DNA of 64,000 nucleotides from Paraspadella gotoi. Taxonomy: Eukaryota; Animalia; Chaetognatha. The notes under the pieces were generated by a model. That model worked only from the letters and a program-made list of their open reading frames with translations. It did no database searches and was not told where the DNA came from. Positions 38,273 to 51,850 of this stretch are shown in pieces. The position numbers and the translations under genes were made by a program. The stretch covers positions 2,194,113 through 2,258,112 of the forward strand of contig CM119263.1 in the NCBI GenBank assembly GCA_051294375.1, in the 5' to 3' direction. Position 1 is the stretch's first letter. Each line of letters opens with the position of its first letter.

Positions 38273-39113
38273 AAAATCTCAACCACAACGAAACGAATGG
38301 ATCATAATGTCTAAAATAAAATCAAAAATCAGAATGTCGCGCTGTGTGGGATTTTTCGTCTCTGAATCCAATAAATTTTAATTCTAACAAAATCAAAGTC
38401 CTATTTTTATATTGTGTACTTGTTTACTTAACTTTTGAATTTTTGTCGGGAAGAAACTTTCGTGATATTCATCATCGGACTTGTATTAATTTGAATATTT
38501 ATTCATTTACAAATAAAACATTTCACTTCGTACATATTCAGTTATTATTCATTGATTGATATACATTATCCATTATTATTCAAAACATTAGACGAATTCC
38601 CAAGTTTCGAGAAATCTTTTCGCAGTTATCATTCCCCATAACTGGACAAGAAAAACTTGTCAATTGAGTATTTTGTGAGGAGAAAAATAGTAAATATTTA
38701 AGATTACGTTAGAGTAGGACTAAGCTCTGACGAAAAAAGTCAGAGGTTTTTTTAATATATTCTTTGACCGGCCAATGTAGATTGATGGCAATATTGCTAT
38801 TGTTAAGTTTCAAAAAAATCCTACCATAAATATAGAAAATATTAACCAAAATCTTCGGAAAAACCACCCCTTCTTTGGAAGATTTTCGCCATATAAGATT
38901 TTTTCCGAATCTGACTCCCGGTTGAAAACTCTTCCCTAAGACAAAAGTCTTTAATTGTTCAAACCGGTCGCCGGGCGTCTTCCCTTTTCTATGTTTTAAG
39001 ACAATACTTTTCGAATAACTTTCTCTCGGTTCAGAATAAGGGCGTTTTTGATAAGTAGTATCTGTGTCTCTTTCTTACGCCTCAATTTCCGAGTTTCGCG
39101 AGGCACCTTTTTG

Positions 39114-39366
39114 TTTTCTATTGAATTCTTACCAAAATTGTTCGCCCGGAGAAACTTCGTTCTCACGAGTCTCCGAAAGATTGTTCGAATAAGTCAATAA
39201 ATATTCGATATCTACTTTGACTTTGTCTCGTGCGACTCAAGTTAGTACATTTCGTTACGGGCGAATCAACGACGTTGGTCTCCTCGGGCGCCTAAGTCTC
39301 AAATATCTTCACAGTAAGAACGAAGTTTCTCCAGGCGAACAATTTTGGTGAGAATTCCATAGAAAA
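39114..39366. mobile_element. MITE-like element (~250 bp) with ~55-bp TIRs
   Basis: TTTTCTATTGAATTCTTACCAAAATTGTTCGCCCGGAGAAACTTCGTTCT is mirrored by AGAACGAAGTTTCTCCAGGCGAACAATTTTGGTGAGAATTCCATAGAAAA. Confidence 0.75.
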
Positions 39367-39799
39367 CTCTCGAATAACTTCATAAAGATAATGATGACGA
39401 TGGTAAATTGATAATGATAACAATGACGTAGTGACGTCATGAAATGTCCGGCGTCAATGTAAGAATAGTTGATTCAGAAATTTAGTTAGATAGATAGTAT
39501 GGTGAACTAAAATCCACCAACCGTTCATCAGCGGCCATTGGTGCTTATATTGAACGGTTCTGTCACTAACATATAACAATCACTGTCTCTTCAATAGATA
39601 GAAAGTAATCAGGTGCTATTCTTATCTCGAAGAAGCATTAGCCTCGCGGCAAAACAAAGCTTTAAGAATAAGAAACGTTGCTTAGCAAAAAAACTATAAT
39701 AGGGCGAAGCCTAGCTTTGCTAAAAAACTATAACTGGCGCAGTAAGATAGAGGCTTGACTTTGCAAAAACCTAAAGACCTATTAGAGACATAAAAACAA

Positions 39800-40200
39800 T
39801 TTAAACTTGGCTTTGCAAAAAAAATACAAAAGAAATTATACCTGGGGCCTGAAGATTGAGGCTTGGCTCCGCAAAAAAAAAGATTAATCAAAAAAATTTA
39901 AACTTGGCTCTGCAAAAAACTTTAAAAGTAGCTTGGCTCCGCGAAAACAAAAATATAAAAGGCGTCGAAGGATTGAGGCTTGGCTCCGTGAATACAAAAA
40001 TATAAAAGGCCCTGAAAGATTGGGGCTTGGNNNNNNNNNNNNNNTGGCTCCGTGAATACAAAAATATAAAAGGCCCCGAAAGATTGGGGCTTGGATCCGC
40101 AAAAACAAAAAAATATAAAAGGCGCCAAAAGATTTGGGCTTGGCTCCGCGAAAACAAAAATATAAAAAGGCGATGAAAGATTGAGGCTTGGCTCCGCAAT
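39800..40200. repeat. ~47-bp minisatellite
   Basis: TTGGCTCCGCGAAAACAAAAATATAAAAGGC...GATTGAGGC at ~47-48-bp spacing, more diverged at the left end. Confidence 0.9.
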
Positions 40201-41907
40201 AAAAAATAGAGTACAGAGGGAGTCCCTATTGAGTACGTTCGGACGGAGAGACGGACGAGACGCGTTTTGAAAATCGGAGGAAAAACGGAAGACCGGACGG
40301 GACGTGTGGGGGAGGAAAAGAAGAAAGGAGGAGGAGGAGGAGGAGGAAGCGACGAGTTGGAAGAGGAAAAAAGATGGCGATCGCGGAAGGAAAGAAAAAA
40401 AAAGAAAGAAAGCGATGNNNNNNNNNNNGATATCGTTGCGTCGACGACGAAATTTGTAGGAAAAGGGGAAAAGGATCTGGTTTGGTTTTTAGATGGAAGG
40501 TGACATCAAGGGAGATCGGAGGGGAAGGTGAAAGGAAGTGGAAAGAGAAAAAGAGAAAAGAAAAGAGGAAATGGAAAATATGAAAGGAGAAAGGGGAGAG
40601 AGAAGGGAAAAATCGAAACAGGGAAAGGGGATAAGACAGAAAGGAAAAGGGAGAATATAAAAAATGGGGAAAGGGAAAAGGGATAAAAATTGGAAAAGGG
40701 AAAAGGGTTGAAATTGGAAAAGAGGAAATGGAAAAGGGATGCAAAAAGGAAAAGAAGAAAAAGGAAAAGGGATAAAAAATGGAAAAGAGAAAAGGGAAAA
40801 TGAATGAAAAATGGAAAAGAGGAAATGGAAAAGGGATGAAAAAAGGAAAAGAGGAAATGGAAAACGGCAAATAACGGATAAGGCGGCGAGGGGAAGGCGC
40901 CCGGGAGGGATAGGGGAAGGGGAGGGGAAGGCCTGGGAGGGAATAGGGGGAGGGGAAGGCCGGGGAGGGGATAGGGGGCAAGGGAAAGTTTAAATGTATT
41001 TCTACCAACGAATTCTGAATCGATTCAGGAAGAAAACGAGAAATATATACGTAATTACATTTGAAAAAATAATCATAACTTGTCAAAGGCAATGGATGTT
41101 TAAATATGAATAATATCATTTGTGATTGTTCGGGTTGAAAAATAAATGAAAAAAGGCACATTCAATGACCAAAAGGATTTCAGAGAATTTTTGTTATTAT
41201 TTGTTTCCATTTCATTAAGGAAACAGAAAAAAAGTTCTACTTTCTTACACAGACACAAAAAGAAAAATAAAAGGAAAAATAAGAAGCAAGATAGCTAATT
41301 TTTAAAATGAACGTATAGCTTTTATATTGCTTGTACCAATTTCATAATGATAAAGTATCATTAATGATTAAAAAAAGGTTTTTTTTTAAAAAGATTACAA
41401 GAAAAAAAAATAAGATGACAAACTAAAGAAAAAAAAAGATAAAGAAATAAGAAAAAAAATATGAAGATAAAGAAAAGATAAAGAAAAGTATTAAGACAAA
41501 GAGGAAGAAGAACATTGGTTAACTCTTCGTCTCAAGACGCGAGAGGATGGAAAGAAAGAAGGAAGAATGAACGCAACGTCGCGGAAGAAAAGAAAGAAAA
41601 ACGAGAAAGAAAGAAGAAACTGAAATGACTTTTGTCAAGAAGATGAAGAGAAATTCCAATCTTGGGTTTACCTGAGACTTTTTACAATTAACTGAAGACG
41701 ACGTTGACTATTTTATTTATTTATTTATTTTTTTTGAAAACATTTTAGTGTTTGTGTAAAGCGTACGCGTTAATCAAATTGAACCCATAGATCCCATACA
41801 GTTTTAAAAGGTGGTTATTGGCAGAAACACTATTAATAATAAATAACTGTTTCGACGCGTTTCGACGGGTTGAGAGAGAGAGAGACAGAGAGGGAGAGAG
41901 AGAGAGG

Positions 41908-41951
<44 letters not shown>

Positions 41952-42194
41952 CAATAAGCATTTTCGCTCGCCGCCTTCCTTCACGACCACAAACCGAAGG
42001 GGCTCCGAGTGCGTGAATCCCTCCAAGACGCAAGGTCGTATTTTCTAGTCTAGAATCTAAAAGTGATAATTTTTCTTTCTCTTTTGTTTCACAGCATAAT
42101 CTCGTTTTTTTTTTAAATAATTCTTTCAAATATTCTTTTAATGTATTGAGAAAGCATAAAAATATCAGAATCTCATTTCTACTCTACGTATTAT

Positions 42195-42530
42195 TTCTTT
42201 CTTTTTGTCCTTCATTTATTTCTCCTTGTCATTCATTTATTTCTCTTTGTCCTTCATTTATTTCTCTTTGTCTTTCACTTCTTTCTCTTTGTCCTTCATT
42301 TATTTTTCTTTGTAATTCATTTCTTTCTCTTTTTCCTTCATTTCTTTCTCTTTGTCCTTCATTTCTTTCTCTTTGTCCTTCATTTCTATCTCTTTTTTCT
42401 TCATTTCTTTCTCTTTATCCTTCATTTATTTTTCTTTGTAATTCATTTCTTTCTCTTTTTCCTTCATTTATTTATCTTTGTCCTTCATTTCTTTCTCTTT
42501 TTCCTTCATTTCTTTTTTTTTTGTCCTTCA
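42195..42530. repeat. 21-bp pyrimidine-rich tandem repeat, ~16 copies
   Basis: TCCTTCATTTCTTTCTCTTTG unit; produces the spurious CPSFLSL ORF. Confidence 0.9.
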
Positions 42531-42989
42531 TTATTATTTTCTCTTCCTCCCTCCCTTAATTTTCTCTCTTCTTTTCATTTTTTTTCTATCCTGTATCCAA
42601 TCATTTTCTTTGATTCTCCTCTCCCTTTCCTTTCCTCCCCTTCCTCCCTTTCCTTTTCTCCCCTTCCTTTCTTTCATTTTCTCCCCTTCCTCCCTTCCTT
42701 TTTCTCCCCTCTTTCCTCCCTTTCCTTTCCTACCTTTCCTCCCCTCCCCTCTTTCTTCCCCTTCCTCCCTTTTCATCGCCTTCCTCCATCTAATCATCTC
42801 GACCCGCGGGCCAAGTTTCCGTTTGGCTTCGATTCGATCTCGACCTTTTCAGCTTCAGTCGGTCACCTGCTCCAACTGTCTCCTATCGCCATCTGCCATC
42901 TGCCATTCGCCATTTTCCATCAACCATTCTCACCATGCTACCACTATTTCCGTATGAAGTTGGTACAATATAAAAACTCTCCATTCATT

Positions 42990-43026
<37 letters not shown>

Positions 43027-43351
43027 TAAAAAGTCAGAAACAAGACTAGCGTCCGTAACTTCTTAGCCCCCCCCCCCGGTGGTTAATGGAAAGAGTCCTG
43101 GGTCTGGAACTAGGCTTTAGGGCGGGGTAAGGCCGTTCGCACGATACCCGCCGGGTAGGTAACATTGGGGATAGAGCATCGTCCCTAGCGGTAATAACCT
43201 GATGGCTTTAGTCTATGCGCCACCTCGTAGAACTTAAATGATAATAATTAAAGGCGATTTGAGTTAGGCTGAATGTCCCACGCTGAATGTCCCAATACCA
43301 TAATATTTCTTGTCCCCTTGATTTTGGACAGGCTATGGTATATACTATATA

Positions 43352-43990
43352 GTATTCCCCGATCTAATAGTTAAGGGAGTGGACTTTTCTTACAATTGAA
43401 ACATTTTTTGAAATATTATACCACTTCATTGATAGGGAAGCCAGGTACTCTGGGAGTGAATAAGCGAGACTGTGAGAGAGTCTTGATTGAAAGCTTGCAG
43501 GGACCAGCCATGTCATGAATGAATGGATAATTTTGTCTATCTTGTCCCTGACTTTGGAGAGGCTTTGGTGGTTTAAGGCCTCCATCACTCTTACAAGATA
43601 ATAACAATAAGTACAATAAGTATTCCCCGATCTAATACTTAAGGGAGTGGTCTTTTCATACAATTGAAACATTCTTTGAAATATTTTCCACTTCATTGAT
43701 AGGGAAGCCAGGTACTCTGGGAGTGAATAAACGGGACTGTGAGAGAGTCTTGATTGAAAGTTTGCAGGGACCTGCTATGTAATTATCTTGTAAGAGTGAT
43801 GGAGGCCTTAAACCACCAAAGCCTGTCCAAAGTCAGGGGCAAGATAGCTTATTTATTAAATGAATGGATAATTTTTATATTGGTTGTACCAATTTCATAG
43901 CAGGTTTCTGCAAGCTTTCAATCAAGACTCTTGTCTGATTTTGTTTATTCACTCCCAGTAAATGAAGTGAAGTGATATAATATTTCAAAG
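43352..43990. repeat. Mosaic direct/inverted repeat A-B-A-B(inv)-A(inv)
   Basis: A 43352-43513 matches 43620-43780 (direct); B ~43538-43602 is inverted at ~43783-43848; a partial inverted A lies at ~43895-43990. Confidence 0.85.
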
Positions 43991-44085
43991 ACTCTCACCA
44001 TTTAATCACCTGGAGACTCCTTTCCTCATAAGCCTCACCATTCCCTTCCAAGCAACTCACCCGAATTTTCTCTTCTTAAACTTAC

Positions 44086-44313
44086 CTTTTCCTCCACATT
44101 CGGTCAGAGTCACGTGCCGACTGTCAGTCATTGAGAGCAGACGTTTTTTTTTCGACGATCGCTTGACCGATTCTCCTCCGTTTCCCGCTTCGTGCGTCTT
44201 TAGCATCGTCGTCGTCGTTGTCGTCGTTGTCGTCCCAGTCATCACCGGCGTTCCCGGCGTCTTTTTCAACTTAACGCCAAAATCCGGCGCTGCTTCTTCA
44301 CCGGCAAAACTCT
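44086..44313 (-). CDS. Candidate 228-bp phase-1/1 exon of a low-complexity protein
   Basis: Acceptor TTTTTTTTCGCCCAAG| and donor AAAG|GTAAGT; open frame SFAGEEAAPDFGVKLKKTPGTPVMTGTTTTTTTTTMLKTHEAGNGGESVKRSSKKKRLLSMTDSRHVTLTECGGK. Confidence 0.5.
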
Positions 44314-44824
44314 CTTGGGCGAAAAAAAAATCAGTTCAGCGACCGTAAACTTAATGAACTTAGAATTTAGAGTTCTCTCGGAAAATTATCTAGATCTCGG
44401 CTTATAATTTTCAAATGTATGAATGTTATATGTAAGATTACTGGTTTTACCTGAGTTATCTTTAAATATCAGAAAAGATAGTTATGATTTCATATCGTCC
44501 AAAGCTAATGGTTAAAAACTTTTTTTTTCCAGTCACATAGTAATTAGTATATCAATTGTTGTTTTTTTTCTCTCGTCCCTTTTTTCCCGCGACGAACCCA
44601 CGAATTGTGTTAATAAAAAACTAATCTTAAGCTCGTTATCTCTTCTTCCGTTCGATGGCCACTCTCGGTGACGCGACGGGGAAACGCAATATTCAGTCTA
44701 ACTTCTTTCTTTTTTCTTTCTTTTTTTTTAAATTTCTTTCTGTCTATCACTGTTTCTCTTCGTAATATTTTCTCTTTTGTCAGAAAAATCATCTGTATTC
44801 TCTCCTTTTGACTTTTTGTTCTTC

Positions 44825-44919
<95 letters not shown>

Positions 44920-44921
44920 TC
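44825..44921. repeat. (TTTC)n microsatellite
   Basis: About 24 perfect units. Confidence 0.95.
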
Positions 44922-45456
44922 CTTCTTGTCTACCCACTTTTCTTCTTTCTTATCTCTTCTCTTTTCTCTCCTACTTATGCCGCCCTTTCTCTTTTTTCTC
45001 TTCACTCTCCATCCCGCAATTTCTTCCTCACCGTATTTGAATTGCATCCATCTTCTGCGTCCCGTTGCTAAGCGACTGGCTACGGATCAACAATTTTCTT
45101 TTTCTAATTTCTATCGAGATCTCATTGCCTCGGTTTCGTTTTTTATTTATTTGATTTTTTTTTCTACTTAGTGTTGATTTGTTTTGAAAATGGGAAACGA
45201 AAGGTCCTACTGGCTACATGTATGCAAATAGCAAAAAAATCTCAGCTCTTTAGACTTTAATGGTGTCACGGTTCTTTCTTGGTTAACTTTTATAGATATT
45301 TTTGGAAAATATATATATCTTTTAAAGATAATTTAAAATTTATTTTAAACTTTAAAACGGCATTTTTAATTTTATAGGCAAATTTCATATTTTTGGGAAA
45401 AGTAAAAAAACTCACCAATCGCGGGGTTTAAATATTGAAAACTCGGCTAATATTGT

Positions 45457-45650
45457 GGGCTCTCTTTTCCTAGAGTGTCCCATTTCCGTTAGTTTATCTC
45501 AATATTTAACCTAAAGATATTATAAATTTTTAAACCAATCCGTTGCCCTAATCATTAATCTCAACCTTATCCTAAACCCGTTATCCCTATGTTCTAACCC
45601 TAACCTCTAACCATAAACCCGAATCCCTAACCCAAATCACTAACCAAGTC
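45457..45650 (+). mobile_element. Copy of a dispersed MITE-like family with internal degenerate (CCCTAA)n
   Basis: GGGCTCTCTTTTCCTAGAGTGTCCCATTTCCGTT matches 57426-57460; followed by CTAACCCTAACC-like hexamers. Confidence 0.5.
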
Positions 45651-46609
45651 CCTTTTAGTACTTAAACTCAGCTCATTCCAATGTCTCACTTTCTACTTCT
45701 CTTTATATTACTTTCTTCTCTTTTTCATTTCGTCTCCCTCTCTTTTCGCCCCTCTGCTCTTAAATCTATAACCTAGTCACAACGAGGAATGACCTCCAGG
45801 GTACCGAGCGCGGCGAGACGTATCCATCTCTCTCNNNNNNNNNNCCGCAATTTAAATCGACGAAGTTTAGGATAACATTGGTAGGTTTTTTTATTCTAAT
45901 TTGAGTTGATTAGGGTGAGTGAGATTTTGAAAGAGGGAGAGAAAGAGAGAAAGATAGAAAGAGAGAAAGAGAGAAAGATAGAAAGCTTGAAAAGTCGGCG
46001 TTGATTCTTAACCCTAAGATTCGCTTCGCCTCCGTCTCACGAAGAATCATGTTTATTTCTCTCTTGGCGCCGCTAAAATACGCCCCCCCCCCGCACTCTC
46101 CCCCCTTCGCCGCCCTACACCGCCTCCAACTCGGCTCGCAACTGCAGCAGGCGCGGAAGCAGCAGTCGCAATTGCAGCCACAGCACTAGCGCTGCAGCAA
46201 CACCAAAATAGTTCACGCACATATGTCCAGTTTGACCGACTGACTGACTGGCCACGGGAGCCTCAATATGCGACAAATGCTATGGTATGACGACTACGAA
46301 CCAATTTGGATGGAATACTATGGGTGCAATACTATGGGTTCAATCCTGCGGGCGCAAACCAACGTTTGGCGGAATTTTACACGGGCGTCGGGTGCATTCC
46401 TAAAGGCGCAATCCTATGCCACGGACGTAATCCTACATACTATCTCCCTTTGTCACGAAGTTACTTCTTCTATAACCTTTAACCTTTTTACATCAACGTA
46501 TTTTCATGCGGCGGCCTTTTTTTTTTTAAGAAATTCCAGTTTTATATATTGTTACCGTAATTCTCCTTTATGTTTTTCACAATCATTTTTCTCTATTTTC
46601 CTCTTCCAG

Positions 46610-46779
46610 TTTCTCATGCGCAGGCGCCCTCGAACCATTGCACCTTCGACCTCCCGGCGACCCAAATGGACCGATGCCGGCGCCACCTGACCTCTGAGCG
46701 CGTCCGGACCCGTTTCCTTCTGCCCCCGCGGCGCCACACGAGAGGGCGTGCAACGCTTCACATCACCTCCGTGTCATCG
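46610..46779 (+). CDS. Candidate exon, product unknown
   Basis: Long polypyrimidine tract with CTCTTCCAG| and donor |GTAAAG; open frame SHAQAPSNHCTFDLPATQMDRCRRHLTSERVRTRFLLPPRRHTRGRATLHITSVSS. Confidence 0.35.
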
Positions 46780-47618
46780 GTAAAGAAACCGAAAAGAGAG
46801 AAAACCAGAAACAGATTAGGATTAGTTTTTTTGCTTTTTTTTTGTTTTGAGTTGTTTTTTTTCTCTTAAATTCATGGTTTTTATGCGAATCGTAAACAGG
46901 ATCGCCTTCGAATTGAAAAAAGTAAACAAACAAAAAGTAAACAAACAGAAAAGAAATTTCAACTTGGTTTTGTTTCGCTGAAGCCTAGAATTTTAAAAAG
47001 TCTTCGTGTCAGAGTTTAAGCCTTTTTTGGATTTTAATTTCTCAAAATAGAAAATTTTATGCCATGAAGATTATGAAAAGATTAAGAAAAGCCATATTAA
47101 AAGTAAGAGATTTTTTTTTTGCGTTCTCGATTGCCTGGTTAGTTTGTTTTAATTTTAAAATATAGAAATGTCTTAAAATAAATCCAAAACAAAGCGGAAA
47201 ATAACGTATTAGTATTAAAAAGATTATTATTATAGTTATAGCTTTTTTTATGAATTCGTTGTTTTGAACTTTCTTTGCGTTTTGTTTCGTTTATTTGTTT
47301 ACAAAGAACAACAACTACTTTGTTTCCTCTCGAATTAGTTGTTGCAACGAAGATTAAAAGTTTTCTCAACATTGACTAGATTTTCTTTCTTGTCTTCTTA
47401 TCTTTTACGTAACGGAAACGTAATCTTTAGAAAGAAATGGGAGAGTAACAGGTCGTGTTACTAAAAAAAAATATTTAAAAAATGGGAGAATAACGCGTCG
47501 TATTATTAAAAAAAAACGTGAAACAAATCGTAAGACTTCGTCGCCTCAGATTATTTTTTTGAGTCGGAGAGAGATTGGGTTTGGAAGAGAGAGAGAGGGA
47601 GAGAGAGAGAGAGAGAGA

Positions 47619-47661
<43 letters not shown>

Positions 47662-47712
47662 AGAAAGAGAGAGAGAGAAAGAGAGAGAGAGATGGAGAGA
47701 GATTGGGTTTGA

Positions 47713-47774
<62 letters not shown>

Positions 47775-48558
47775 AGAGAGAGATTACGTCATTCCATCCT
47801 TCATCATTCATCTTCTTTTTTTTAAATTTTCCTTTTCAAGTTTCGCTTCTTTTTTTAAATTCGTTTTATTTCAAACCATTTTATTATTTATATAATTTGA
47901 GAGAGAAAAGTTTGTATTGTATTTAAGACGGGTATTTAGTATTGTATGGTATTTATAATGTATGCAAGAATATATATGAATATGTAAGAAAACGTATGAA
48001 AGACAGCCTTCTTTTTCAATTTCGCCAATGACCTATATTGATATAAACGAATTTTCAAAAACAACATTTTTTACCGTTTCCACTAAAATCCAATAAAATC
48101 CCAGCTCGGCCAAGAAAATAGCAAAACCTTCTACATTCTACAAGTTATCGAGAAATCTGGAGCAGAGGAATCCGAACTGCTTCTTTCTTTTATCGCCATC
48201 TGGAGGGAAGAAAATTAATGAATAAATATTTTATGAGCGATACTCAAAACGACGACCACGACGTCGAAGACAATAAATATGATGACAATGATAGCGATGA
48301 CGACGACGACGAAGACAATAAATATAATGACAATAATAGGGATGACGACGACGACAGATTTTCCTGGATGATTTTTTATTAATTTTTAATTTATTCTCAA
48401 ATTTCAGCATATGTTCTTAAAACTGACTTCTCTCCTATAAACCTTTTTCTCTCGTTGGAAATGCAGTTTACGTACATTAGCAATTTAGTACATAAGTATA
48501 ATATCTTTAAAAAGTCTTCCTTAATTGACCGTCAAAAACATGCTTGACCATTTACCAT

Positions 48559-48630
<72 letters not shown>
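48559..48630. repeat. (ACG)n trinucleotide microsatellite
   Basis: About 24 perfect units. Confidence 0.95.
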
Positions 48631-48631
<1 letters not shown>

Positions 48632-51540
48632 AAAGCAATGAAGTCGGAAACGAGGAGAGAAATGAGAGAAAAATGAGTCTTTTCCGCGTTGGTTATTCAC
48701 TCACGACTCACGACTCGCGATTCACGATTCACGAACTCGAGAACTCACCGCCAACATCTCACGTTTCACAGAAAGACTCTTCCCCTTCGAGCCTCAGCTC
48801 TCACAGCAGCGCCAACTGCTCATTGCTCTATTTTCCCGAAATATCCCTCGTCTCCTTTCCTTCCCTTCTTCTTCCACTAACGACCTCACCCGCTCACCTC
48901 ACCCCCCCGCCCCCTCACCCTCACCACGCCGCCTTTCGCCTCCGCCTCCGATGATTCCCTCACCATATTTTTTCCGGCGGAGCTGATGACTCTGACTTAA
49001 CCATGAGCCATGGCCCCATGAAAAGGAAACGGAGGTTAAGGAAAATGAGAAGAGGAAAAAGGGAAAAAAGGGAAAAAGGGAAAAAAAAGGAAAGAGAAAA
49101 TTATGAAAACAATTGAAATGTTTTTTCAAACGAGTGGAAAGTTAAGAGAAAAAAAGAAAAGAGAAAGCAAATTAAAAAAACGAAATAATATAACTATTTT
49201 TGTATATAAATTTATATTTTCGTATATAATTTGAATGTGATTAAAATCAAAAGTAAACACGCCACGCATTTTTTTCATATGCTACTCATGAACCAAAAAA
49301 AAAAATGGTGATAATTCATGTGCAAAGTATGAATTGAGAGAAGACGTGATTCGAATAGTGATAGGGTTCACGTGAAAAAAAAAAACCACGTCATAAATAA
49401 CGGATAGTTTTTAATTTCACATTTGAAATCTAGTTTTGCTTCCGGAGTAAGAGATTGTTTTGTCACTAAAATCCAGTTTATCTCCTCAGCCTAATCCCGA
49501 TCGCTACGGTGATGGTGAAGCGAGAATCGTCTTTGTGACACGAGTGAAAGAGAAAGGAGTCATTCATGCAAAACAATTTTGAAAATTTATCCAAAAAAGC
49601 AAAAAACCCCGAGGATTTTTCCTCCAGTTGGCACACGATGTGTTCCAGTGAAAGAGGAAAGAAATTCTCGGCCAAATCGGCGAAACGCCAAATCGCGCCG
49701 GAGAAATTCCGGTACATTTCAACCTTTTTTATTTTTTTCTCTAATCTATATTAAAATATAAAAATATTTCTCGTATTTTATTAAAAACTTTTAAATTTTT
49801 CTTAAAAAAGGAAAAAAATTCGATACACGTCACTTGTCATTTTTTGGTTCAACGAATTTTTTTTTTTTTNNNNNNNNNNNNNNNNNNNNNNNNNNNNNNN
49901 NNNNNNNNNNNNNNNNNNNNNNNNNNNNNNNNNNNNNNNNNNNNNNNNNNNNNNNNNNNNNNNNNNNNNNNNNNNNNNNNNNNNNNNNNNNNNNNNNNNN
50001 NNNNNNNNNNNNNNNNNNNNNNNNNNNNNNNNNNNNNNNNNNNNNNNNNNNNNNNNNNNNNNNNNNNNNNNNNNNNNNNNNNNNNNNNNNNNNNNNNNNN
50101 NNNNNNNNNNNNNNNNNNNNNNNNNNNNNNNNNNNNNNNNNNNNNNNNNNNNNNNNNNNNNNNNNNNNNNNNNNNNNNNNNNNNNNNNNNNNNNNNNNNN
50201 NNNNNNNNNNNNNNNNNNNNNNNNNNNNNNNNNNNNNNNNNNNNNNNNNNNNNNNNNNNNNNNNNNNNNNNNNNNNNNNNNNNNNNNNNNNNNNNNNNNN
50301 NNNNNNNNNNNNNNNNNNNNNNNNNNNNNNNNNNNNNNNNNNNNNNNNNNNNNNNNNNNNNNNNNNNNNNNNNNNNNNNNNNNNNNNNNNNNNNNNNNNN
50401 NNNNNNNNNNNNNNNNNNNNNNNNNNNNNNNNNNNNNNNNNNNNNNNNNNNNNNNNNNNNNNNNNNNNNNNNNNNNNNNNNNNNNNNNNNNNNNNCAAGG
50501 AGAAGAGTGAAAGTTGTGGTTTCGGTGATCGGTAAACAAACCGGCCGCCATTTGGGCTGAGAGGACGAAATTAAGTCCCTTTTTACTATCAGGGTTGCTA
50601 GTAGTATCGTTCCTGGACAAAGAAGACAATTTAGAATAGGGATAGACAAAGATTGTACATTCTTGAAGATTTGTCTTTAATATCTCCATCGCCGGTACAA
50701 GCGTTGCGGTCCGTATGTATCGTACGTCACGACGTAGAAAACTCTTCCCTCTCATTGAAAGTTGAAAGAACGGTTTTGTACGAGGCGTCTTTCGTACTTT
50801 GCCATTTTTCAGCAAGAGTCTTTCTCGAGTTACAAGAGGGCGCGCGCGCGAAAGGGGAAAAAAAAGAAGGAAATTAAGTGAGAAAAGATAAAGAACAGAA
50901 GACACTTTATACCAAAAAAACAAAAACAAAACAAAATAACAAAAACAAAAACAACAGAAAGAAAGACACTTACCGCTAGCCTTCAATAAGCCTTAGACTC
51001 TGTGACCAATTCACTCCCTCCTTTCTTTTGTAAATCACTTTATATTTACCTAACCCCTGAAAATGTACATTTTTTTTTCAATTTTTTTATTCGTCTATTT
51101 AAATTTTTCTTCTTACTAGGAGGATTTGTCTCTTACATTCCCTACTGTGAGCATTTTCCCTTTATTTTCTATAAAAAATTGCTCTATCTGTCTGCACCCA
51201 CTAGATCTTCACTTGCATTGCTTTATACAAAATATAAAATTTTTTGCCTGTTTTAGTCTTAATAAACCAGATGGTTCTACAAACAAAAGAGCATTAATAA
51301 AAACAAAATAGCTATCAATTTTAGTTCAAGTACATCCACCAGATGTTTTAATTTTTTTTTCTGAAACAAAAGAAGAGTTCCATTAAATTTTCTCTATGTT
51401 TTCACCCTTTTCCACCAGAGGGCTCTACAAACAAGGAAGCTTTTTGTAAGACAAAGGAACATTCAAAATAAACTTTATCTGCACCCACTAGATCTTCACT
51501 TGCACCTGCTCTTCAACAAAATAGCAATTATTTTTTATAT

Positions 51541-51850
51541 TATCGCAGGAGAAAATCTCACCAAAACCCAAAACGGATCGGAAGATCGGGCGAACGCCGC
51601 CAGAATGGAATCATTGAACGCAGATTGGCCGAGACGGAACCGGAACCGACCAATCAGCTTGCAGGAACGATGGAATTGTCAAAATCACTCTTGCCTCTGA
51701 TCCTGTCTTTTGTTATAAATAGATTTAGTTCTCTCTTAGTTTCTGTAGCATTGATTCAGACTCCTGCGTGCGTCTCACCGTCACCTTTATTTACTCAGAA
51801 TAAAATCGAGTTGATTTCAACCTGGAAATCCATTAGTTTTTCCTTAAATG
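51541..51850 (+). mobile_element. Solitary LTR-like unit (~310 bp)
   Basis: ATTGG 51624, CCAAT 51650, TATAAATA 51714 and AATAAA 51799 in U3-R-U5 order, directly followed by a tRNA-Leu PBS (TGGTGGCAGCGG); termini are not canonical TG...CA. Confidence 0.55.

Noticed and set aside
40226-42957. Long F/S/P-rich or R/E/K-rich ORFs (also near 8-9, 27.8-28.4, 33.3-33.9, 44.6-45.1, 54 and 62.5-63.9 kb)
   Set aside because: They are translations of purine/pyrimidine low-complexity tracts and microsatellites
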